DNA of 64,000 bases from the NCBI GenBank assembly GCA_964057225.1, contig OZ059894.1:22568001-22632000 (forward strand), written 5' to 3'. The notes under the pieces are model-generated. The model was not told the origin of the DNA and did no database searches. It saw nothing but the letters and a program-made list of their open reading frames with translations. This DNA is from Auanema rhodensis (taxonomy: Eukaryota > Animalia > Nematoda). Of this stretch, positions 11,230-26,100 are shown piece after piece. Numbering within the stretch: position 1 is the first letter of the stretch; each line of letters opens with the position of its first letter. Made by a program: the position numbers and the translations under genes.

Positions 11230-14200
11230 TCCTCGATTTTCACCCTGAAGGAATAATTTTTTCGTTGAATAACATTGTCCATCGTCTTTGCCTTGAAAAA
11301 AGGAATCTAAAAACATCTACTTTTTGCTAAATTATTTTGAAATTTTTCGAAAAAACTTTTGTCAAAATGTTTTTGGAAGCATTGTTGAGTGTACATGGAA
11401 ACTCAACATACACTAATGCATCATTTTTCAAACGATCATAACTAATTTTTGTATTAAGCGTTTCTCAATGTAGTATAGTGCATTCGATGCGGATTTTTAA
11501 GCTGCGTCGATCTGTGTTATCAGATTTGCGCTAGCTTAAAAATGCACCGAGATATCAACTGATATAAGTTCACACTTATATCCTCGATTTTCACCCTGAA
11601 GAATTAATTTTTTCGTTGAATAACATTGTCCATCGTCTTTGCCTTGAAAAATGGAATCTAAAAACATCTACTTTTTGCTAAATTATTCTGAAATTTTTCG
11701 AAAAAATTTTTGTCAAAATGTTTTTGGAAGCATTGTTGAGTGTACATGGAAACTCAACATACACTAATGCATCATTTTTCAAAGGATCATAACTAATTTT
11801 TGTATTAACGTTTCTCAATGTAGTATAGTGCATTCGATGCGGATTTTTAAGCTGCGTCGATCTGTGTTATCAGATTTGCGCTAGCTTAAAAATGCACCGA
11901 GATATCAACTGATATAAGTTCACACTTATATCCTCGATTTTCACCCTGAAGAATTAATTTTTTCGTTGAATAACATTGTCCATCGTCTTTGCCTTGAAAA
12001 ATGAAATCTAAAAACATCTACTTTTTGCTAAATTATTCTGAAATTTTTCGAAAAAATTTTTGTCAAAATGTTTTTGGAAGCAATGTTGAGTGTACATGGA
12101 AACTCAACATACACTAATGCATCATTTTTCAAACGATCATAACTAATTTTTGTATCAAGCGTTTCTCAATGTAGTTTAGTGCATTCGATGCGGATTTTTA
12201 AGCTGCGTCGATCTGTGTTATCAGATTTGCGCTAGCTTAAAAATGCACCGAGATATCAACTGATATAAGTTCACACTTATATCCTCGATTTTCACCCTGA
12301 AGGAATAATTTTTTCGTTGAATAACATTGTCCATCGTCTTTGCCTTGAAAAAAGGAATCTAAAAACATCTACTTTTTGCTAAATTATTTTGAAATTTTTC
12401 GAAAAAACTTTTGTCAAAATGTTTTTGGAAGCATTGTTGAGTGTACATGGAAACTCAACATACACTAATGCATCATTTTTCAAACGATCATAACTAATTT
12501 TTGTATTAAGCGTTTCTCAATGTAGTATAGTGCATTCGATGCGGATTTTTAAGCTGCGTCGATCTCTGTTATCAGATTTGCGCTAGCTTAAAAATGCACC
12601 GAGATATCAACTGATATAAGTTCACACTTATATCCTCGATTTTCACCCTGAAGGAATAATTTTTTCGTTGAATAACATTGTCCATCGTCTTTGCCTTGAA
12701 AAAAGGAATCTAAAAACATCTACTTTTTGCTAAATTATTTTGAAATTTTTCGAAAAAACTTTTGTCAAAATGTTTTTGGAAGCATTGTTGAGTGTACATG
12801 GAAACTCAACATACACTAATGCATCATTTTTCAAACGATCATAACTAATTTTTGTATTAAGCGTTTCTCAATGTAGTATAGTGCATTCGATGCGGATTTT
12901 TAAGCTGCGTCGATCTGTGTTATCAGATTTGCGCTAGCTTAAAAATGCACCGAGATATCAACTGATATAAGTTCACACTTATATCCTCGATTTTCACCCT
13001 GAAGAATTAATTTTTTCGTTGAATAACATTGTCCATCGTCTTTGCCTTGAAAAATGGAATCTAAAAACATCTACTTTTTGCTAAATTATTCTGAAATTTT
13101 TCGAAAAAATTTTTGTCAAAATGTTTTTGGAAGCATTGTTGAGTGTACATGGAAACTCAACATACACTAATGCATCATTTTTCAAAGGATCATAACTAAT
13201 TTTTGTATTAACGTTTCTCAATGTAGTATAGTGCATTCGATGCGGATTTTTAAGCTGCGTCGATCTGTGTTATCAGATTTGCGCTAGCTTAAAAATGCAC
13301 CGAGATATCAACTGATATAAGTTCACACTTATATCCTCGATTTTCACCCTGAAGAATTAATTTTTTCGTTGAATAACATTGTCCATCGTCTTTGCCTTGA
13401 AAAATGAAATCTAAAAACATCTACTTTTTGCTAAATTATTCTGAAATTTTTCGAAAAAATTTTTGTCAAAATGTTTTTGGAAGCAATGTTGAGTGTACAT
13501 GGAAACTCAACATACACTAATGCATCATTTTTCAAACGATCATAACTAATTTTTGTATCAAGCGTTTCTCAATGTAGTTTAGTGCATTCGATGCGGATTT
13601 TTAAGCTGCGTCGATCTGTGTTATCAGATTTGCGCTAGCTTAAAAATGCACCGAGATATCAACTGATATAAGTTCACACTTATATCCTCGATTTTCACCC
13701 TGAAGGAATAATTTTTTCGTTGAATAACATTGTCCATCGTCTTTGCCTTGAAAAAAGGAATCTAAAAACATCTACTTTTTGCTAAATTATTTTGAAATTT
13801 TTCGAAAAAACTTTTGTCAAAATGTTTTTGGAAGCATTGTTGAGTGTACATGGAAACTCAACATACACTAATGCATCATTTTTCAAACGATCATAACTAA
13901 TTTTTGTATTAAGCGTTTCTCAATGTAGTATAGTGCATTCGATGCGGATTTTTAAGCTGCGTCGATCTCTGTTATCAGATTTGCGCTAGCTTAAAAATGC
14001 ACCGAGATATCAACTGATATAAGTTCACACTTATATCCTCGATTTTCACCCTGAAGGAATAATTTTTTCGTTGAATAACATTGTCCATCGTCTTTGCCTT
14101 GAAAAAAGGAATCTAAAAACATCTACTTTTTGCTAAATTATTTTGAAATTTTTCGAAAAAATTTTTGTCAAAATGTTTTTGGAAGCATTGTTGAGTGTAC

Positions 14201-17200
14201 ATGGAAACTCAACATACACTAATGCATCATTTTTCAAAGGATCATAACTAATTTTTGTATTAACGTTTCTCAATGTAGTATAGTGCATTCGATGCGGATT
14301 TTTAAGCTGCGTCGATCTGTGTTATCAGATTTGCGCTAGCTTAAAAATGCACCGAGATATCAACTGATATAAGTTCACACTTATATCCTCGATTTTCACC
14401 CTGAAGAATTAATTTTTTCGTTGAATAACATTGTCCATCGTCTTTGCCTTGAAAAATGAAATCTAAAAACATCTACTTTTTGCTAAATTATTCTGAAATT
14501 TTTCGAAAAAATTTTTGTCAAAATGTTTTTGGAAGCAATGTTGAGTGTACATGGAAACTCAACATACACTAATGCATCATTTTTCAAACGATCATAACTA
14601 ATTTTTGTATCAAGCGTTTCTCAATGTAGTTTAGTGCATTCGATGCGGATTTTTAAGCTGCGTCGATCTGTGTTATCAGATTTGCGCTAGCTTAAAAATG
14701 CACCGAGATATCAACTGATATAAGTTCACACTTATATCCTCGATTTTCACCCTGAAGGAATAATTTTTTCGTTGAATAACATTGTCCATCGTCTTTGCCT
14801 TAAAAAAAGGAATCTAAAAACATCTACTTTTTGCTAAATTATTTTGAAATTTTTCGAAAAAACTTTTGTCAAAATGTTTTTGGAAGCATTGTTGAGTGTA
14901 CATGGAAACTCAACATACACTAATGCATCATTTTTCAAACGATCATAACTAATTTTTGTATTAAGCGTTTCTCAATGTAGTATAGTGCATTCGATGCGGA
15001 TTTTTAAGCTGCGTCGATCTCTGTTATCAGATTTGCGCTAGCTTAAAAATGCACCGAGATATCAACTGATATAAGTTCACACTTATATCCTCGATTTTCA
15101 CCCTGAAGGAATAATTTTTTCGTTGAATAACATTGTCCATCGTCTTTGCCTTGAAAAAAGGAATCTAAAAACATCTACTTTTTGCTAAATTATTTTGAAA
15201 TTTTTCGAAAAAATTTTTGTCAAAATGTTTTTGGAAGCATTGTTGAGTGTACATGGAAACTCAACATACACTAATGCATCATTTTTCAAACGATCATAAC
15301 TAATTTTTGTATTAAGCGTTTCTCAATGTAGTATAGTGCATTCGATGCGGATTTTTAAGCTGCGTCGATCTCTGTTATCAGATTTGCGCTAGCTTAAAAA
15401 TGCACCGAGATATCAACTGATATAAGTTCACACTTATATCCTCGATTTTCACCCTGAAGGAATAATTTTTTCGTTGAATAACATTGTCCATCGTCTTTGC
15501 CTTGAAAAAAGGAATCTAAAAACATCTACTTTTTGCTAAATTATTTTGAAATTTTTCGAAAAAACTTTTGTCAAAATGTTTTTGGAAGCATTGTTGAGTG
15601 TACATGGAAACTCAACATACACTAATGCATCATTTTTCAAACGATCATAACTAATTTTTGTATTAAGCGTTTCTCAATGTAGTATAGTGCATTCGATGCG
15701 GATTTTTAAGCTGCGTCGATCTGTGTTATCAGATTTGCGCTAGCTTAAAAATGCACCGAGATATCAACTGATATAAGTTCACACTTATATCCTCGATTTT
15801 CACCCTGAAGAATTAATTTTTTCGTTGAATAACATTGTCCATCGTCTTTGCCTTGAAAAATGGAATCTAAAAACATCTACTTTTTGCTAAATTATTCTGA
15901 AATTTTTCGAAAAAATTTTTGTCAAAATGTTTTTGGAAGCATTGTTGAGTGTACATGGAAACTCAACATACACTAATGCATCATTTTTCAAAGGATCATA
16001 ACTAATTTTTGTATTAACGTTTCTCAATGTAGTATAGTGCATTCGATGCGGATTTTTAAGCTGCGTCGATCTGTGTTATCAGATTTGCGCTAGCTTAAAA
16101 ATGCACCGAGATATCAACTGATATAAGTTCACACTTATATCCTCGATTTTCACCCTGAAGAATTAATTTTTTCGTTGAATAACATTGTCCATCGTCTTTG
16201 CCTTGAAAAATGAAATCTAAAAACATCTACTTTTTGCTAAATTATTCTGAAATTTTTCGAAAAAATTTTTGTCAAAATGTTTTTGGAAGCAATGTTGAGT
16301 GTACATGGAAACTCAACATACACTAATGCATCATTTTTCAAACGATCATAACTAATTTTTGTATCAAGCGTTTCTCAATGTAGTTTAGTGCATTCGATGC
16401 GGATTTTTAAGCTGCGTCGATCTGTGTTATCAGATTTGCGCTAGCTTAAAAATGCACCGAGATATCAACTGATATAAGTTCACACTTATATCCTCGATTT
16501 TCACCCTGAAGGAATAATTTTTTCGTTGAATAACATTGTCCATCGTCTTTGCCTTGAAAAAAGGAATCTAAAAACATCTACTTTTTGCTAAATTATTTTG
16601 AAATTTTTCGAAAAAACTTTTGTCAAAATGTTTTTGGAAGCATTGTTGAGTGTACATGGAAACTCAACATACACTAATGCATCATTTTTCAAACGATCAT
16701 AACTAATTTTTGTATTAAGCGTTTCTCAATGTAGTATAGTGCATTCGATGCGGATTTTTAAGCTGCGTCGATCTCTGTTATCAGATTTGCGCTAGCTTAA
16801 AAATGCACCGAGATATCAACTGATATAAGTTCACACTTATATCCTCGATTTTCACCCTGAAGGAATAATTTTTTCGTTGAATAACATTGTCCATCGTCTT
16901 TGCCTTGAAAAAAGGAATCTAAAAACATCTACTTTTTGCTAAATTATTTTGAAATTTTTCGAAAAAATTTTTGTCAAAATGTTTTTGGAAGCAATGTTGA
17001 GTGTACATGGAAACTCAACATACACTAATGCATCATTTTTCAAACGATCATAACTAATTTTTGTATCAAGCGTTTCTCAATGTAGTTTAGTGCATTCGAT
17101 GCGGATTTTTAAGCTGCGTCGATCTGTGTTATCAGATTTGCGCTAGCTTAAAAATGCACCGAGATATCAACTGATATAAGTTCACACTTATATCCTCGAT

Positions 17201-18946
17201 TTTCACCCTGAAGGAAAAATTTTTTCGTTGAATAACATTGTCCATCGTCTTTGCCTTGAAAAAAGGAATCTAAAAACATCTACTTTTTGCTAAATTATTC
17301 TGAAATTTTTCGAAAAAATTTTTGTCAAAATGTTTTTGGAAGCAATGTTGAGTGTACATGGAAACTCAACATACACTAATGCATCATTTTTCAAACGATC
17401 ATAACTAATTTTTGTATTAAGCGTTTCTCAATGTAGTATAGTGCATTCAATGCGGATTTTTAAGCTGCGTCGATCTGTGTTATCAGATTTGCGCTAGCTT
17501 AAAAATGCACCGAGATATCAACTGATATAAGTTCACACTTATATCCTCGATTTTCACCCTGAAGAATTAATTTTTTCGTTGAATAACATTGTCCATCGTC
17601 TTTGCCTTGAAAAATGGAATCTAAAAACATCTACTTTTTGCTAAATTATTCTGAAATTTTTCGAAAAAATTTTTGTCAAAATGTTTTTGGAAGCATTGTT
17701 GAGTGTACATGGAAACTCAACATACACTAATGCATCATTTTTCAAAGGATCATAACTAATTTTTGTATTAACGTTTCTCAATGTAGTATAGTGCATTCGA
17801 TGCGGATTTTTAAGCTGCGTCGATCTGTGTTATCAGATTTGCGCTAGCTTAAAAATGCACCGAGATATCAACTGATATAAGTTCACACTTATATCCTCGA
17901 TTTTCACCCTGAAGAATTAATTTTTTCGTTGAATAACATTGTCCATCGTCTTTGCCTTGAAAAATGAAATCTAAAAACATCTACTTTTTGCTAAATTATT
18001 CTGAAATTTTTCGAAAAAATTTTTGTCAAAATGTTTTTGGAAGCAATGTTGAGTGTACATGGAAACTCAACATACACTAATGCATCATTTTTCAAACGAT
18101 CATAACTAATTTTTGTATCAAGCGTTTCTCAATGTAGTTTAGTGCATTCGATGCGGATTTTTAAGCTGCGTCGATCTGTGTTATCAGATTTGCGCTAGCT
18201 TAAAAATGCACCGAGATATCAACTGATATAAGTTCACACTTATATCCTCGATTTTCACCCTGAAGGAATAATTTTTTCGTTGAATAACATTGTCCATCGT
18301 CTTTGCCTTGAAAAAAGGAATCTAAAAACATCTACTTTTTGCTAAATTATTTTGAAATTTTTCGAAAAAACTTTTGTCAAAATGTTTTTGGAAGCATTGT
18401 TGAGTGTACATGGAAACTCAACATACACTAATGCATCATTTTTCAAACGATCATAACTAATTTTTGTATTAAGCGTTTCTCAATGTAGTATAGTGCATTC
18501 GATGCGGATTTTTAAGCTGCGTCGATCTCTGTTATCAGATTTGCGCTAGCTTAAAAATGCACCGAGATATCAACTGATATAAGTTCACACTTATATCCTC
18601 GATTTTCACCCTGAAGGAATAATTTTTTCGTTGAATAACATTGTCCATCGTCTTTGCCTTGAAAAAAGGAATCTAAAAACATCTACTTTTTGCTAAATTA
18701 TTTTGAAATTTTTCGAAAAAATTTTTGTCAAAATGTTTTTGGAAGCATTGTTGAGTGTACATGGAAACTCAACATACACTAATGCATCATTTTTCAAACG
18801 ATCATAACTAATTTTTGTATTAAGCGTTTCTCAATGTAGTATAGTGCATTCGATGCGGATTTTTAAGCTGCGTCGATCTCTGTTATCAGATTTGCGCTAG
18901 CTTAAAAATGCACCGAGATATCAACTGATATAAGTTCACACTTATA
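11230..18946. repeat. Variable higher-order repeat: 4-monomer unit (1403 bp) with a conserved 3-monomer core
   Basis: The 4-mer starts at 11230, 12633 and 15439. The core trimer (350-bp deletion monomer, ATGAAATC monomer, AAACTTTT/TCTCTG monomer) occurs at 11581, 12984, 14036 (hybrid first monomer), 15790 and 17544. Confidence 0.85.
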
Positions 18947-21900
18947 TCCTCGATTTTCACCCTGAAGAATTAATTTTTTCGTTGAATAACATTGTCCATC
19001 GTCTTTGCCTTGAAAAATGGAATCTAAAAACATCTACTTTTTGCTAAATTATTCTGAAATTTTTCGAAAAAATTTTTGTCAAAATGTTTTTGGAAGCAAT
19101 GTTGAGTGTACATGGAAACTCAACATACACTAATGCATCATTTTTCAAACGATCATAACTAATTTTTGTATCAAGCGTTTCTCAATGTAGTATAGTGCAT
19201 TCGATGCGGATTTTTAAGCTGCGTCGATCTGTGTTATCAGATTTGCGCTAGCTTAAAAATGCACCAAGATATCAACTGATATAAGTTCACACTTATATCC
19301 TCGATTTTCACCCTGAAGGAATAATTTTTTCGTTGAATAACATTGTGCATCGTCTTTGCCTTGAAAAAAGGAATCTAAAAACATCTACTTTTTGCTAAAT
19401 TATTTTGAAATTTTTCGAAAAAATTTTTGTCAAAATGTTTTTGGAAGCATTGTTGAGTGTACATGGAAACTCAACATACACTAATGCATCATTTTTCAAA
19501 CGATCATAACTAATTTTTGTATTAAGCGTTTCTCAATGTAGTATAGTGCATTCGATGCGGATTTTTAAGCTGCGTCGATCTCTGTTATCAGATTTGCGCT
19601 AGCTTAAAAATGCACCGAGATATCAACTGATATAAGTTCACACTTATATCCTCGATTTTCACCCTGAAGGAATAATTTTTTCGTTGAATAACATTGTCCA
19701 TCGTCTTTGCCTTGAAAAAAGGAATCTAAAAACATCTACTTTTTGCTAAATTATTTTGAAATTTTTCGAAAAAATTTTTGTCAAAATGTTTTTGGAAGCA
19801 TTGTTGAGTGTACATGGAAACTCAACATACACTAATGCATCATTTTTCAAACGATCATAACTAATTTTTGTATTAAGCGTTTCTCAATGTAGTATAGTGC
19901 ATTCGATGCGGATTTTTAAGCTGCGTCGATCTCTGTTATCAGATTTGCGCTAGCTTAAAAATGCACCGAGATATCAACTGATATAAGTTCACACTTATAT
20001 CCTCGATTTTCACCCTGAAGAATTAATTTTTTCGTTGAATAACATTGTCCATCGTCTTTGCCTTGAAAAATGGAATCTAAAAACATCTACTTTTTGCTAA
20101 ATTATTCTGAAATTTTTCGAAAAAATTTTTGTCAAAATGTTTTTGGAAGCATTGTTGAGTGTACATGGAAACTCAACATACACTAATGCATCATTTTTCA
20201 AACGATCATAACTAATTTTTGTATCAAGCGTTTCTCAATGTAGTTTAGTGCATTCGATGCGGATTTTTAAGCTGCGTCGATCTGTGTTATCAGATTTGCG
20301 CTAGCTTAAAAATGCACCGAGATATCAACTGATATAAGTTCACACTTATATCCTCGATTTTCACCCTGAAGAATTAATTTTTTCGTTGAATAACATTGTC
20401 CATCATCTTTGCCTTGAAAAATGGAATCTAAAAACATCTACTTTTTGCTAAATTATTCTGAAATTTTTCGAAAAAATTTTTGTCAAAATGTTTTTGGAAG
20501 CAATGTTGAGTGTACATGGAAACTCAACATACACTAATGCATCATTTTTCAAACGATCATAACTAATTTTTGTATTAAGCGTTTCTCAATGTAGTATAGT
20601 GCATTCGATGCGGATTTTTAAGCTGCGTCGATCTCTGTTATCAGATTTGCGCTAGCTTAAAAATGCACCGAGATATCAACTGATATAAGTTCACACTTAT
20701 ATCCTCGATTTTCACCCTGAAGGAATAATTTTTTCGTTGAATAACATTGTCCATCGTTTTTGCCTTGAAAAAAGGAATCTAAAAACATCTACTTTTTGCT
20801 AAATTATTTTGAAATTTTTCGAAAAAATTTTTGTCAAAATGTTTTTGGAAGCAATGTTGAGTGTACATGGAAACTCAACATACACTAATGCATCATTTTT
20901 CAAACGATCATAACTAATTTTTGTATTAAGCGTTTCTCAATGTAGTATAGTGCATTCGATGCGGATTTTTAAGCTGCGTCGATCTCTGTTATCAGATTTG
21001 CGCTAGCTTAAAAATGCACCGAGATATCAACTGATATAAGTTCACACTTATATCCTCGATTTTCACCCTGAAGGAATAATTTTTTCGTTGAATAACATTG
21101 TCCATCGTCTTTGCCTTGAAAAAAAGAATCTAAAAACATCTACTTTTTGCTAAATTATTTTGAAATTTTTCGAAAAAATTTTTGTCAAAATGTTTTTGGA
21201 AGCAATGTTGAGTGTACATGGAAACTCAACATACACTAATGCATCATTTTTCAAACGATCATAACTAATTTTTGTATCAAGCGTTTCTCAATGTAGTATA
21301 GTGCATTCGATGCGGATTTTTAAGCTGCGTCGATCTGTGTTATCAGATTTGCGCTAGCTTAAAAATGCACCGAGATATCAACTGATATAAGTTCACACTT
21401 ATATCCTCGATTTTCACCCTGAAGAATTGATTTTTTCGTTGAATAACATTGTCCATCGTCTTTGCCTTAAAAAATGGAATCTAAAAACATCTACTTTTTG
21501 CTAAATTATTTTGAAATTTTTCGAAAAAATTTTTGTCAAAATGTTTTTGGAAGCATTGTTGAGTGTACATGGAAACTCAACATACACTAATGCATCATTT
21601 TTCAAACGATCATAACTAATTTTTGTATCAAGCGTTTCTCAATGTAGTATAGTGCATTCGATGCGGATTTTTAAGCTGCGTCGATCTGTGTTATCAGATT
21701 TGCGCTAGCTTAAAAATGCACCGAGATATCAACTGATATAAGTTCACACTTATATCCTCGATTTTCACCCTGAAGAATTAATTTTTTCGTTGAATAACAT
21801 TGTCCATCGTCTTTGCCTTGAAAAATGGAATCTAAAAACATCTACTTTTTGCTAAATTATTTTGAAATTTTTCGAAAAAATTTTTGTCAAAATGTTTTTG

Positions 21901-23159
21901 GAAGCATTGTTGAGTGTACATGGAAACTCAACATACACTAATGCATCATTTTTCAAACGATCATAACTAATTTTTGTATCAAGCGTTTCTCAATGTAGTT
22001 TAGTGCATTCGATGCGGATTTTTAAGCTGCGTCGATCTGTGTTATCAGATTTGCGCTAGCTTAAAAATGCACCGAGATATCAACTGATATAAGTTCACAC
22101 TTATATCCTCGATTTTCACCCTGAAGGAATAATTTTTTAGTTGAATAACATTGTCCATCGTCTTTGCCTTGAAAAAAGGAATCTAAAAACATCTACTTTT
22201 TGCTAAATTATTTTGAAATTTTTCGAAAAAATTTTTGTCAAAATGTTTTTGGAAGCATTGTTGAGTGTACATGGAAACTCAACATACACTAATGCATCAT
22301 TTTTCAAACGATCATAACTAATTTTTGTATCAAGCGTTTCTCAATGTAGTATAGTGCATTCGATGCGGATTTTTAAGCTGCGTCGATCTCTGTTATCAGA
22401 TTTGCGCTAGCTTAAAAATGCACCGAGATATCAACTGATATAAGTTCACACTTATATCCTCGATTTTCACCCTGAAGGAATAATTTTTTCGTTGAATAAC
22501 ATTGTCCATCGTCTTTGCCTTTGAAAAAAGGAATCTAAAAACATCTACTTTTTGCTAAATTATTTTGAAATTTTTCGAAAAAATTTTTGTCAAAATGTTT
22601 TTGGAAGCAATGTTGAGTGTACATGGAAACTCAACATACACTAATGCATCATTTTTCAAACGATCATAACTAATTTTTGTATTAAGCGTTTCTCAATGTA
22701 GTATAGTGCATTCGATGCGGATTTTTAAGCTGCGTCGATCTGTGTTATCAGATTTGCGCTAGCTTAAAAATGCACCGAGATATCAACTGATATAAGTTCA
22801 CACTTATATCCTCGATTTTCACCCTGAAGGAATAATTTTTTCGTTGAATAACATTGTCCATCGTCTTTGCCTTGAAAAAAGTAATCTAAAAACATCTACT
22901 TTTTGCTAAATTATTTTGAAATTTTTCGAAAAAATTTTTGTCAAAATGTTTTTGGAAGCAATGTTGAGTGTACATGGAAACTCAACATACACTAATGCAT
23001 CATTTTTCAAACGATCATAACTAATTTTTGTATTAAGCGTTTCTCAATGTAGTATAGTGCATTCGATGCGGATTTTTAAGCTGCGTCGATCTCTGTTATC
23101 AGATTTGCGCTAGCTTAAAAATGCACCGAGATATCAACTGATATAAGTTCACACTTATA

Positions 23160-26100
23160 TCCTCGATTTTCACCCTGAAGGAATAATTTTTTCGTTGAAT
23201 AACATTGTCCATCGTCTTTGCCTTGGAAAAAGGAATCTAAAAACATCTACTTTTTGCTAAATTATTTTGAAATTTTTCGAAAAAATTTTTGTCAAAATGT
23301 TTTTGGAAGCAATGTTGAGTGTACATGGAAACTCAACATACACTAATGCATCATTTTTCAAACGATCATAACTAATTTTTGTATTAAGCGTTTCTCAATG
23401 TAGTATAGTGCATTCGATGCGGATTTTTAAGCTGCGTCGATCTGTGTTATCAGATTTGCGCTAGCTTAAAAATGCACCGAGATATCAACTGATATAAGTT
23501 CACACTTATATCCTCGATTTTCACCCTGAAGAATTAATTTTTTCGTTGAATAACATTGTCCATCGTCTTTGCCTTGAAAAATGAAATCTAAAAACATCTA
23601 CTTTTTGCTAAATTATTTTGAAATTTTTCGAAAAAATTTTTGTCAAAATGTTTTTGGAAGCATTGTTGAGTGTACATGGAAACTCAACATACACTAATGC
23701 ATCATTTTTCAAACGATCATAACTAATTTTTGTATCAAGCGTTTCTCAATGTAGTTTAGTGCATTCGATGCGGATTTTTAAGCTGCGTCGATCTGTGTTA
23801 TCAGATTTGCGCTAGCTTAAAAATGCACCGAGATATCAACTGATATAAGTTCACACTTATATCCTCGATTTTCACCCTGAAGGAATAATTTTTTCGTTGA
23901 ATAACATTGTCCATCGTCTTTGCCTTGAAAAAAGGAATCTAAAAACATCTACTTTTTGCTAAATTATTTTGAAAATTTTCGAAAAAATTTTTGTCAAAAT
24001 GTTTTTGGAAGCATTGTTGAGTGTACATGGAAACTCAACATACACTAATGCATCATTTTTCAAACGATCATAACTAATTTTTGTATTAAGCGTTTCTCAA
24101 TGTAGTATAGTGCATTCGATGCGGATTTTTAAGCTGCGTCGATCTCTGTTATCAGATTTGCGCTAGCTTAAAAATGCACCGAGATATCAACTGATATATG
24201 TTCACACTTATATCCTCGATTTTCACCCTGAAGGAATAATTTTTTCGTTGAATAACATTGTCCATCGTCTTTGCCTTGAAAAAAGGAATCTAAAAACATC
24301 TACTTTTTGCTAAATTATTTTGAAATTTTTCGAAAAAATTTTTGTCAAAATGTTTTTGGAAGCAATGTTGAGTGTACATGGAAACTCAACATACACTAAT
24401 GCATCATTTTTCAAACGATCATAACTAATTTTTGTATCAAGCGTTTCTCAATGTAGTATAGTGCATTCGATGCGGATTTTTAAGCTGCGTCGATCTGTGT
24501 TATCAGATTTGCGCTAGCTTAAAAATGCACCGAGATATCAACTGATATAAGTTCACACTTATATCCTCGATTTTCACCCTGAAGAATTAATTTTTTTCGT
24601 TGAATAACATTGTCCATCGTCTTTGCCTTGAAAAATGGAATCTAAAAACATCTACTTTTTGCTAAATTATTTTGAAATTTTTCGAAAAAATTTTTGTCAA
24701 AATGTTTTTGGAAGCATTGTTGAGTGTACATGGAAACTCAACATACACTAATGCATCATTTTTCAAACGATCATAACTAATTTTTGTATCAAGCGTTTCT
24801 CAATGTAGTTTAGTGCATTCGATGCGGATTTTTAAGCTGCGTCGATCTGTGTTATCAGATTTGCGCTAGCTTAAAAATGCACCGAGATATCAACTGATAT
24901 AAGTTCACACTTATATCCTCGATTTTCACCCTGAAGGAATAATTTTTTCGTTGAATAACATTGTCCATCGTCTTTGCCTTGAAAAAAGGAATCTAAAAAC
25001 ATCTACTTTTTGCTAAATTATTTTGAAATTTTTCGAAAAAATTTTTGTCAAAATGTTTTTGGAAGCAATGTTGAGTGTACATGGAAACTCAACATACACT
25101 AATGCATCATTTTTCAAACGATCATAACTAATTTTTGTATTAAGCGTTTCTCAATGTAGTATAGTGAATTCGATGCGGATTTTTAAGCTGCGTCGATCTG
25201 TGTTATCAGATTTGCGCTAGCTTAAAAATGCACCGAGATATCAACTGATATAAGTTCACACTTATATCCTCGATTTTCACCCTGAAGAATTAATTTTTTC
25301 GTTGAATAACATTGTCCATCGTCTTTGCCTTGAAAAATGGAATCTAAAAACATCTACTTTTTGCTAAATTATTTTGAAATTTTTCGAAAAAATTTTTGTC
25401 AAAATGTTTTTGGAAGCATTGTTGAGTGTACATGGAAACTCAACATACACTAATGCATCATTTTTCAAAGGATCATAACTAACTTTTGTATTAAGCGTTT
25501 CTCAATGTAGTATAGTGCATTCGATGCGGATTTTTAAGCTGCGTCGATCTGTGTTATCAGATTTGCGCTAGCTTAAAAATGCACCGAGATATCAACTGAT
25601 ATAAGTTCACACTTATATCCTCGATTTTCACCCTGAAGGAATAATTTTTTCGTTGAATAACATTGTCCATCGTCTTTGCCTTGGAAAAAGGAATCTAAAA
25701 ACATCTACTTTTTGCTAAATTATTTTGAAATTTTTCGAAAAAATTTTTGTCAAAATGTTTTTGGAAGCAATGTTGAGTGTACATGGAAACTCAACATACA
25801 CTAATGCATCATTTTTCAAACGATCATAACTAATTTTTGTATTAAGCGTTTCTCAATGTAGTATAGTGCATTCGATGCGGATTTTTAAGCTGCGTCGATC
25901 TGTGTTATCAGATTTGCGCTAGCTTAAAAATGCACCGAGATATCAACTGATATAAGTTCACACTTATATCCTCGATTTTCACCCTGAAGAATTAATTTTT
26001 TCGTTGAATAACATTGTCCATCGTCTTTGCCTTGAAAAATGAAATCTAAAAACATCTACTTTTTGCTAAATTATTTTGAAATTTTTCGAAAAAATTTTTG

